From the NCBI RefSeq assembly GCF_001194135.2, contig NC_068982.1, positions 85,723,155 to 85,779,919 on the forward strand: a stretch of 56,765 bases of DNA. Reading direction: 5' to 3'. Made by a program: the position numbers and the translations under genes. Source of the DNA: Octopus bimaculoides (taxonomy: Eukaryota). Position 1 is the first letter of the stretch, and each line of letters opens with the position of its first letter. Shown in pieces: positions 25,596-36,219 of the stretch. The notes beneath the pieces were generated by a model. It did no database searches, had not been told where the DNA came from, and was given only the letters and a program-made list of their open reading frames with translations.

Positions 25596-27875
25596 TAACA
25601 ACAAACAAGATGAGGACAAATATCCATCAAATGTAAATAATTCCTCATCTCTTAAATATAGTATTGTATTATCTAACTGGTACAGAGCCAACATTAGACT
25701 TCAATGGAGACATAGAGAAACTTCGTCAAAAGGTATCTCGTCTTTCAAACCATCTAACTTTCTATGTAGATGTAGAAACTCAAAGCTAATACCACCTGGC
25801 TTGAATATAATAATACCAGTCGATTCACAGAAAGCTAAAAGAGTAGCGGAAAGGGCAGGCCATGCCCTCATCCGTGAGAGGATCCATTACAACTGTTGGA
25901 AAAAACATCAACTAAATAACAAAATCAAAGAGTGGTTATCTTCATTACTTAGGAAAATAACCAGAGATGATGATAGAAAGAGAATCCAACAAAATCTGGA
26001 AAAGTCGTACATGAAAGAATTTGAAATAGTGAAGACCTGCCAGATTAAGAAGTTTATGAACCTCAAAGGTCAGAGAATGAAGACTGAAATACGCCACCCA
26101 CCTGTGAAAGCAGTAATTAATGTAAGTAGCCGACATCTAGAAAGCTCTGAAGAAGCAGTACTGAACAAAGGTTTCAACTTTGCAACAACCATCAAGCATA
26201 TTCCATACTTGGACATAATAGCCCCTATTGAAGAGATAGCCATAAAGATACCAAAAGCTCAGGGAGAGGTGGAAAGTGAGACAGGTACTAGAAAAAGTGA
26301 AACTTCCCAAACCAAACATCACTAAGGAAGTAAAGTTCACTATCAAATGACTACAAAGTGACAATTCCATCATAATACTTCCAGCGGACAAGGGAAATGC
26401 TACAGTGGTGATGAACAAGTCTGACTACTCTGAAAAGTTGGCAAATCTTATAAGTGATGGTAGCTACAGCAAAGAAAAGAAAGACCCAACTCTGAAAACA
26501 GAGGAAGTTGTCACAGATCTTGATCAAGAACAAGGATCACTTTACACCAATGAAGTACAGACAACTGACCTAACACCACAGTAAACTACCACACATGTAC
26601 GGTCTCCCTAAGATTCACAAGGATGGTGTTCCATTGAGACCTATAGTGAGCTGTAGAGGTTCAGCATGTCATCCACTGAGCCGCTTCCTTGNNNNNNNNN
26701 NNNNNNNNNNNNNNNNNNNNNNNNNNNNNNNNNNNNNNNNNNNNNNNNNNNNNNNNNNNNNNNNNNNNNNNNNNNNNNNNNNNNNNNNNNNNNNNNNNNN
26801 NNNNNNNNNNNNNNNNNNNNNNNNNNNNNNNNNNNNNNNNCCAATAAGAAACTTGATGGAAATGTTGACCTTCTGTGTAGAAACTACCTACTTCAGTATG
26901 GACACTGATATATATCAACAAGAGGAGGGTTTAGCTATGGGTTCACCATTATCACCGGTAATAGCCAATATATACATGGAATACGTTGAGAATTTGGCTT
27001 TAGGATCAACACCACTAAAACCAATCCTATGGCTACGCTATGTTGATGACACCTTTATACTCTGGCCCCACCAGGAAGATGTCCAAGTGTTGTTAGATCA
27101 TGTGAGCTCAATAAAGCCATCCATACAGTTCACAATGGAAAAGCAAAAAGACAATCAGCGACATCCGTATACTGCAAGCCGACCTTTACTGGACGATACC
27201 TCAACTTCAATTCCCACCATCCATACAGTGTAAAGTAGCGATTATGATACACACCACGAAGAAATGATCAAGCTCAGTAACAATCTTTTAAGCAACAACT
27301 ACCCCAAAAGTATACTATTCACTCCAGTTATGAAGAAGAGAGAGGATGAGGCCAAAAAACTGTCCATAGTCTGTGTACCCTATGTGAAAGGCCTCTCCGA
27401 AAAGATACAAAAAATATGCGGCCCATATGACATCAGGACAGTATTCAAGAGTAATACAACACTTCACAAATATCTCCTTCAAGTAAAACCACCAATAGAA
27501 GAGAATATGACTAAGAACTGCATGTACTCCATCTCATGCAGCTGTGGTAGGTTATACAAAGGCAAAACATGCCACCCCTCAAAATAAGGGTAGACGAACA
27601 TTGCAAAGCTGTGACACAAGGAGATATTGATAAACCGGGTATAGCTGATCATGTATGGCAAAATGGAGACCAGCTCCCCCTGTGGGATGAAGTTAAAATA
27701 ATTGAGAACACCACTGGAAAATATGAAAACTAAAAGAAGCAGCACATATGCTAGGATACAACAACCTCTTAAGCAGACCGAGTGCAGATATGAATAGCAT
27801 ATGGAAACTGGTATTAAGGAAGGATAGAAAAATATTAGATTTATAAGCCCTAAAATTCACTCCATAATTGCCCAC

Positions 27876-27948
27876 GGGCATATGGCATAGTGGTTAAGAG
27901 CGCAGGCTACTAACCCCAAGATTCCAAGTTCGATTCCAAGCAGTGACC
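27876..27948 (+). promoter_or_regulatory. tRNA-like segment (Pol III A and B boxes) inside the 3' terminal repeat
   Basis: TGGCATAGTGG and canonical B box GTTCGATTCC at 27928-27937, about 30 nt after the ORF stop. Confidence 0.8.
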
Positions 27949-28023
27949 TGAACAATAATAATAATAATAATAACATCGAAAAAATACCTTAGGAATGAGA
28001 ACCCAAGTTCAAAATTTCCTCAA

Positions 28024-28060
28024 GACACCTGAAGAAGGCTGGAGGGTATATCAGCTGAAA
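28024..28060 (+). ncRNA. Hammerhead remnant in the 3' terminal repeat (stem III and 3' strand of stem I deleted)
   Basis: GACAC-CTGAAGA-A-GGCTGG..TCAGCT-GAAA then a deletion relative to the 5' copy. Confidence 0.55.
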
Positions 28061-31000
28061 CAAGATGAGAACAAATATCCATTGAATGTAAATGATGTAC
28101 ATAATTCCTCAGCTCTTAAATATAGAAGTGTATAAAGAAGGCTGTTCACCTTCTTTCCTCCCTCGTCCCATGTACCACAAACTCTCTCAACCAACTGAAG
28201 GAGAAATATCCTCCGGTCCCTCCAAATGATCACCTACACTGGCCCGACCCACCAGGTTTTCTACAACCCATCTTCACCCCTGACAGTGTCAGAAGGGCAA
28301 TTGTTTTCCAGCAGGTTCTGTCACTGGGATCGATGGCTTACAACCTCATCATTTCAAGGATAGTATCTCCCTATCAGTTGGTAATGCTAGGCTCGAACTC
28401 TTAGAGAACCTATCACAGTTTATAAACTTGTTCTCATCTGAGTGTCCTTGCCTACCTTCATCCCCTGTTCTTTGGGTCCAAACTATTTGGTCTCACCAGA
28501 CCCAACGGTGACTTCCACCTCATAGCAGTTGGTTGTAAAAAGTGTGCCTGTCCTCAGTTTCTAACTGTCTGACCAAGGAATTTTCCCCTATTCAGCTAAG
28601 AGTCGGTACTAAGCTAGGTTGTGAGCCACTGCTCATGCCACCAGAGCTTTCACCAACTTGCCCTCTTAATCCCCAAAGGTCAACCTCAAACTTCACCTGA
28701 AGAATGCTTTCAACTCCATCAGTCAAGAAGTCATCCTCCGTTCAATAAGGGAGAACACCCCACCACTTTATCAATTTGCTTGGCAAGCATATTGGGAGCC
28801 CTCCTACCTCTCATTTGGTGACCACGTCATCTCATCTGTCCCTGGAGTCCAACAGGGTGATCCACTTGGTCCTGATGTCACCAAGATGGGAGCTGGCCTT
28901 GACCTAAATATCTGGTACCTCAATGATGCTTGTTTGGAAGGTCCTCCTGACAAAGTGCTTGCAATTGCAAGGATGGGGATTGAGGAACTTGATTGTAGAG
29001 ATCTTAGTGTTAACAAGCTCTGGCTCCTCGACCACCCAGTTTCACATGAGCAAACTACTAAACTATTTGTTGACTCCCTCCCCTCAGTTGCGATTCTTCC
29101 TTCATCAGCATGGTGCTCCCTTGGCACACTATTTACTCTCCTAGCTTTCAAATCTATCTTTTGATCCAAATTGGCTAACCTCAAACTTTTTTGTTATCCT
29201 TAGGAATTACTTGCCAATTTCTAAGCTATTGCATTTTCTGAGAGTTAGTCCCTCTTACAGATATCTCTTACAGATTCCTGTACTTTGATGACCTAATCTT
29301 CAAGAAACTCGAATGCTTGGTCAATGTCTAACTCTCCCCAAACTCCCACGACCAAGCTGCTTTGCCCAAACAGTTTGGGGGTCAAGGTTTGCGCAAGTGC
29401 TCATCTTTATCTCTTCCCTGTTTTCTTTCCTCCGTCCATGCTTGCTCCCTTTGATAGGCAACATCTTCTCCTCTCCAACATGGACTAATTCTAACAGGGA
29501 GATGGATGAAGCTCTATCACAGTGGAGAGAGCTGGGTTTGTCAGTTCTGGTTACAGTGGAGGATAAACAGAAACAGAGAGTATGGGGTAATCTGCATTCA
29601 AGTGCCACTTTCAACTCGCTCCTTGATCAGTCTGATTAATTTTCAAAGTGTTGCTTACTTTCAGCTAGTGCAAAATTCTCAAGGGACTGGACTGATGCCC
29701 TATTTGTGGCCAACATTAGAGGTCTACTCAGTCTATATGAACTCCACATCTCCATTGCACTCAGAGCAGGAGTTGACATCTGTAGGGGAGTGAAATATTG
29801 CTATGGTAAGCCTCTCAACCCCACAGGTCTTCACGGTCTGTCTTGCTGCCTAAATGTAGATTGCTTTGCTCATCACACCAAGCTAAACCTAATATTAAGC
29901 AGGCCTTGGCTCAGATTAATATCCCCTCAATTCCAGAGCTGTCAAGGTTATCCAGAAGTGATGGAAAGAGTCCAGATGGTCTTACTCTCTGTCCCTGGGT
30001 TAGATGTAAGTGCCTCATTTGGGATTCCACAGTCTGTGACTTCTTTTCTCCCTCTCACATCTCGGATGTGGCAGTTAATGAGAGGGTCACTGCTTCTGTA
30101 GCTGAACAGAAAAAAACCCTGAAGTATTGGGGCCAGATAGTGAACTATCCCTTCCAACCAGTGGCGTTTGAGACATTCAGAGGGACTGGGTCACTAACCA
30201 TGAAGTTCTTGTCAATGTTGGCAGCTTGCTTCACCAAGGTATCAGGTGATGCTTGTGAGGATGCTTGGTTTTCCCAATGTCTTAGCCTCACCATTGCCTA
30301 TGGTAATGTTACAAGCATGCTGGCTTGCTGCAGTAGGTTTCCTTAACCCTTGTGGTGTGCAACCAGTTGCTGTGATAAAAAAATTCCCCGCAAATGTTCC
30401 AATACAGTTTTAACAGAAAGATTTGGAAGAATTAGATGAAACTTCTCCGATAATTTTCCTTCATGTAAATGTTTATGTTAATTTTAAAATTGGCCAGCAA
30501 AATCTTATAAAATGACGTTTTTATGTTATATATGAAAATAAAATATGTCTGTTTGAAACATTTGTGATATAAAGAAAAATAAAAGGGTAAATCTACTTTA
30601 ATTATATGTGTGTGTAATAAAGAAAGCAAAAAATAAAACAAAAATGATAAAAGCGGGTTAAATGTAAGAGACATGGTCAAATAAAGGTTAAAAGTTCAAT
30701 TATTTTTCATAGCGGTTTGGTTGGTCTTTGTATTTGTGTGAATGTATGCATATGTACGTTTATGCTAGTATGTGTATGATTGTGCATATATTTATTTTTT
30801 AGTGTGTGGTGAATTGTATACATATACACGTATGTGTGTGTGTGTGTACATTGAGAGAGAGAGAGAAAGATGGAAGAGGTGAGATAAAATTTCTTGTCCC
30901 TTGTTCAAAAGAGAAAATCTTTTTGCAGTAACACCCATTCAAGTTTTTGGCCAAGCACAAACACATAGCCACACACACACACACACACACAGCACTATAG

Positions 31001-31987
31001 TAGGAAACAGTGGGACTAAACCCAGAACCATATAGCTAAGAAACAGGCTTCTTGCCACACAGACAGGACTGTGTTTTCTACAATAGAGGTTATAGAAAAA
31101 AGAAAAGGTAAGTATATAACCAGCTTCTGAAAAATTCTAATTATTAATTTGCATTTTATGTATATCTCTTTTAGCATAACATCATGCAACAGATAAAAGT
31201 TTCTTTGGGATCTTGTTAAATTTCTAACCAGTTTTTGCCAGAATATTTTAACAAAGTGTAGTTTAGATGTAGTTTCACTTACTGGTGGTGAAAAGTTTTG
31301 GTAAATCTATAGTTTAATACCCAACTTGATTTTTTTTCTTGTGCAATCGACTAATCTCATCTCTTAATATGCTGCAAATAATTTTTTCCGTGGAAATTGG
31401 AGGGTGGGGTGGGGTAGGATGGACCCTTGGAAATTCCCCCTTCACCTCACCCAGTTGGGTTCCACACATCCTAAGGCCAGCCCTGTCAGTCACTGGCTAT
31501 TATACCTTCCTGAATGACCTGATTAATTATGCAGGTGACTAGCCCATATCTTACCCTGAAAATATATATAGTGTTGAGGAATATATAAAAGTCCTTATAT
31601 GCATGTCATTTGTTACAGAAGAGAAAGATGATATAAGCTTAAATTTTCTTGGTTTTAAAAATAACAAATGCTTCATAAGTCATAGCTGTTTATCATACAT
31701 GGTTTAACTCTGCATATTTAATATCAGTATAAGAAAGTTTAAACACAAACTAATGATGTTGATGTGTGTATTTGTAATTTTGTGAGAGACAAATGGAGAA
31801 ACTATCTGTATGCATATGCAAGTAGGTGCTACTCTCGAATATTGTATGTGTAAAGTATCATCTAAGCATAGTTATTATTATTTGAAGTAAAGTTCAATGA
31901 GTTCAGTTCCTGTGAGCTGACTTTTACTAAATTATGTAAGCTAAATAAAGAAATGTTATAATTGAAATATTTTATTTTGTGTTTCAG

Positions 31988-32119
31988 ATTGACCTTGTCT
32001 GTTTTGAAGAGTTTTGCCAATGGCGAGAACAATCCCAGCAGACTGAACAGCCTTCTTCATTTTTGTCAAGAGTTTTCCTAGAAGACATAAGCCCATGCTT
32101 GAACTTTTCCAACACTAAT
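31988..32119 (+). CDS. RAB3IP: Rabin8/GRAB (Sec2-family Rab GEF) internal exon, phase 0-0
   Basis: tttcag|...|gtgaga; IDLVCFEEFCQWREQSQQTEQPSSFLSRVFLEDISPCLNFSNTN matches the recalled RAB3IP/RAB3IL1 segment (EF..W....FL.R.Y.ED..PCL.F). Confidence 0.93.
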
Positions 32120-32262
32120 GTGAGAATACTAACAAATTAAATTATTTATCAATTTCATTCCTAATTTGATTCACCCCCAAAATATTGAGGAGAATTTTAT
32201 TTAAAGATTTTGTTTGCTATTATCTCGCTCTCTCTCTCTCTCTGTGTATATATCTATGTGTT

Positions 32263-32304
<42 letters not shown>

Positions 32305-32314
32305 NNNNNNNNNN

Positions 32315-32348
<34 letters not shown>

Positions 32349-32909
32349 AGATGAACTAGATTATACACTTTTGGAATGTCTTGAATATAAAAGACAATGA
32401 ATTTAGCCTTAAACATCATGCACACATTCTGTTTCTTATTACAAAAGTACTTGATTCCAAAAACTTGAGTTAACTTCTAAGAATTTTATTGTAATCTGTT
32501 ATCTTGCTGCTATTAGGCAACTCTAGTCTTTTCAGTCAAACAAATATATGAAAATTGGTAATAAATTGGTCATATATAAAGTAATTTAACTTAAATTATG
32601 CTGTACACTCTGCAAAGCCATGCTTAGTTGCATGCAGCACAAAATATGCAAGACAGTATGTTGCATCTGTTTGATCTATCCAGTGTCTTTGCTAATTCAT
32701 GGTTGGAAGCATGGAGATTAAATACACTTTGAAGAGCATATTGCCCACCATTGCCACATAGTGGGTAATATTAGTGAACATTTTTTTAAGTGGTGGTGGT
32801 AGGTGGCAGAGCAGCTCTTTATAATCATAAGGCAAATCTTCCAAAATACTTGACTTTGAAATAAAGTTTTATTCCTTGAATTATTTTGAATTTACTTTTA
32901 TCGTTACAG

Positions 32910-32989
32910 TTGTCAGAAAGAGTGAAGAAGTGTGTAGACAATAACACTTTAACTATTGAACCAATTGCCAGCGATAGTTCCTACCCACG
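32910..32989 (+). CDS. RAB3IP: Rabin8/GRAB exon, phase 0-2
   Basis: ttacag|...|gtaaga; LSERVKKCVDNNTLTIEPIASDSSYP(R), compare VENNTLSIEPV. Confidence 0.93.
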
Positions 32990-34225
32990 GTAAGAATTCT
33001 GATATTTCAGCACCTAATAATAGTTATCAATTAATTAATAAAAATAAGCTTCTTTTTTTAATTTTTTTTATTATCTATTGCAGAAAAGTTGTTCAGAAAA
33101 ACAATCAGTGATCAAATCATAGAAAGTTAAATAATTCTTAGATTTTTATAAGCTTTCTTGAAATATAATCTCAAATTTAGTTATGACATTCTTTGATACT
33201 CTCTTGAAATTTACTCTATCACAAAAGAAAGCTGTAACCAGCATAATACTGTTATACGTTTAAAGAATTATGGTGTTTGTCTGACTATAGTTAACTGTCA
33301 TAAACATATGTGGAATGATAAACTCTAAATTTTACATTTAAATACGATAGTTAAGCTGACAGATTATTATCTGTAGATAGTTCAACTATGATATCAGATC
33401 ATTGTTTTTTACCATTTAACGCAAGTTGTTAAAACTTATGAAAGCATATTGTTGTATAGTGAAACTGTATACCCCTCCCAGTGAAAAGTGGTAGGAGTCA
33501 GCTATTATAAATAGACCAGTAGCCAGTTATCAAGAGAGGATTGAGAGTCGAAGAGTTGAGAGCCAACAGTTCTAGTCAGTGTCTTGTGGAGCTGTCAGCG
33601 ATAGTAAAACAGAAGTTAGTGTCTTACTATTCCAGTACAAAGAGATATAATGGTATCCAATGACCAGTAACTATTGTGGCTACTAGCATAAAACAGCAAC
33701 TACAGTACAATGACAGTGACACATCACACCAGTGGGAGGAATCCACTTTACAATAGTGGTGACAAGGAAAATTAAATTTACGCAGATTGAAAAAAATATT
33801 CACACGGAGAGTTTAAACTAATTCACATGGAAAATTAAATAACTCAACAAAAAAAAGAAACAAAAATCTTGTTGTGCAAACTTATGAAAATCATAAAATA
33901 TGGAAGACTTGTTAGCTGTGGTATTTGAGTTGCAAAAATAGCAATGGCAACAACTCAAAGAACAACAAGGATTGCAGCAGCAGATGTTACAACTAATGAA
34001 GTTGATAACCAAACCAGAGGATACATTTTCACCTGACCATGTAGCAAATTCTATAAGTGAATTCAAATATGACCCTAAAGAAGGAGTAACCTTCGAGGTT
34101 TACTTTCGAAGATTTGAACAAATTTTTTAAAAAGAATGTCAGGATTGGATGGACAAAATGAAAACACGTCTAGTTTTAAGAATACTAATGACAGCAGAGC
34201 ATGAGAAGAATAGTTACTTCATATT

Positions 34226-34421
34226 CCTTTCTATTATAGGCTCAAGGCCTGGAATTTTGGGGGAGGGGTCCAGTCGATTAGATCGATCTCAGTACACAAC
34301 TAGTACTTAATTTATCGACCCTGAAAGGATGAAAGGCAAAGTCAACCTCAGTGGAATTTTAACTCAGAATGTAAAGACAGATGAAATACCGCTAAGCATT
34401 TCACCCGGCATGTTAATGATT
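34226..34421 (-). mobile_element. tRNA-derived SINE nested in gag
   Basis: Perfect 9-bp TSD CTTCATATT (34217-34225, 34422-34430); removal rejoins gag (SYFILPKK); core related to 51850-52070. Confidence 0.9.
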
Positions 34422-35958
34422 CTTCATATTGCCAAAAAAAGTGTCTGGCATAAATTTCATTGACGCAGTTGACATTTTGTGCAAAATGTTTAGTGGAAAG
34501 AGCTCACTGTTTAATACTAGATGGAAATGTTTAAACACAGAAAAGAGCAAAGATGAAGACTTCATTACTTACACAGGCAGAGTCATCAAAAAATGTGAGA
34601 GATTTAGGCTGGATATGCTTACTCTAGATTCTTTCAAGAGTTTAATTTTTGCACAAGGATTGACAGATAAAAAGGATGCAGAAATCTAAACAAAAATTCT
34701 AGCAAAACTGGAAATGAACCAGGATTTGACGTTGCAGAAACTGTTGGAAGAGTGTGACATGATATTAAAATAAAGGCATGACACAGAAGAAATTCAATGG
34801 AAAGAGTGTTTTCACATATGATCAGTGCAAAAAAAGTTGGAAGACAAATAGTGTTGCAGAAAAAACAGAAAAAATATTGGAATGTAGACCCATGTATGCT
34901 ATGTGGTGGGATGCACCTGAAAAAAGATTGTCTGTATAAAAAAGTTAAGTGTTTTCACTGCTGGTTTACAGGACATATAAAATTGCACTGTAAAACTAGA
35001 ATGATAGGAAAATGGAACAAACAAGAAAAAAATAAATAGTTTGTCAGCAGGAAAATTTGTTGTACAACAAACAGAAAATTTGTGAATGTGAGAATTGAAA
35101 CCACTAGACATGGAAAGTGACATCACAATTGTAAATGAGAAAACATGGGAACAAATGGGTAAACCAAAATTATGTAGTCCAAACAAAATAGTGTGTGGTG
35201 TTACAGGAAGAAAATTATATTTCACAGGCAAATGCATTTATAATATAATGTTCCAAGGTCGAACCAAAAAAGTGAATGTTTATGTGTTGAAAAAATCCAT
35301 GAATTTATTTGGCACCAAATATATGGGGAAATTTAATTTATGGGATACAACCATAAGTGCTTTGTGCAATAACGTAAACAGAGCAGTCAGACGATCGAAT
35401 GAGGTCAATGAACTGAGACAAAAAAAAATGCTGTGGGACATTGTGCATGAACTACTAGTAACTTTGGAAGAAATAAAAAGAAATGCGAGAAATGACAAAT
35501 TTATTAATGAGAAAACTGTGGTCAACAAAAGGAAATAAAGAAAAGTCTGATACAAAGAACTGCAAAGATATGAATGTGTACTCTATATGTGATGGTGTAT
35601 TAATGTACACTCAGAGGGTGGTCATATCACAGACATTACAGAAGCAAACACTAAAAGAGTTTCATGTGGGACACCCAGGCATCTCTAGAATGAAAGCGCT
35701 GTTGTGAAATTTCATATACTAGCCAAGTATGGACAAAGAAATTGAAAACCCGCTAAAAGGCTACAGAGGATGTGCACTGGCAGTGAAACCACCTACTACA
35801 AAATGTGAACCTTGGCCAGAAGTGGAAATACCATGGTCCCGATTGCATATTGATTTTGCAGGCCTGGTGAATGGATATTATTATTTAATAGTAATGGACT
35901 GCTACACAAAATGGCCTGTGGTTACAAGGTGTAAACGACCAACCTCATATATGGTAAT

Positions 35959-36219
35959 TGTTGTATTCCTCTCAGGAGACTCGCAGAGATAACACAACGA
36001 GTTGTACAGTTTAATTGTTACATTTATTTACTTAATTACATACAAAGAACACACTCACCGAATGTTCGTTATTAATAAAGAATCATGTCCTCGCCATATA
36101 TATCGATCACGTTTTTCAACCACAGTCATTCAAAACAACAACAAAAACAAGGAACTCAGACGAACCACAATGACACACGGAGCCTCAGACGAACAACAAA
36201 TCTAACAGTATATATAACA
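35959..36219. mobile_element. Solo LTR of a different family nested in integrase
   Basis: TGTTGTAT...ATATAACA termini; perfect 5-bp TSD GTAAT (35954-35958, 36220-36224). Confidence 0.85.

Larger units (their letters stand above)
25317..28125 (+). mobile_element. Near-full-length Penelope/Poseidon-type element with direct terminal repeats (25317-25661 and 27677-28125)
   Basis: NHLTF.CRC..LIPPGL; ADKGNATVVMN; YGLPKIHKDGVPLRPIVS; GLAMGSPLSPVIANIYME; WLRYVDDTF; IQFTME; NCMYSISCSCGRLYKGKT..R..EH (GIY-YIG); KLKEA. Several frameshifts, one gap. Confidence 0.93.
24400..30385 (+). mobile_element. CRE-like non-LTR retrotransposon with restriction-like endonuclease, decayed, interrupted by a Penelope insertion
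   Basis: RIPKGAQ..LSKLL..W.KL (25050-25170); GVQQGDPLGP (about 28848); LNIWYLNDA; zinc-knuckle remnant LHGLSC..H..LN (29800-29890); SRSDGKSPDGLTL.PW..LIWDSTV.D and FQPVAFETF (29950-30180). Confidence 0.8.

Noticed and set aside
25474-26325. 283-aa ORF starting in the terminal repeat
   Set aside because: The ATG is a copy-specific change in (AAT)n (absent in the 3' repeat), and the first about 95 codons are off-frame relative to the conserved PLE N-terminus.
30417-30464. Possible 48-nt phase-0 exon KDLEELDETSPIIFLH upstream of the first Rabin8 exon
   Set aside because: Weak similarity and weak donor (GTAAAT); needs RNA evidence.
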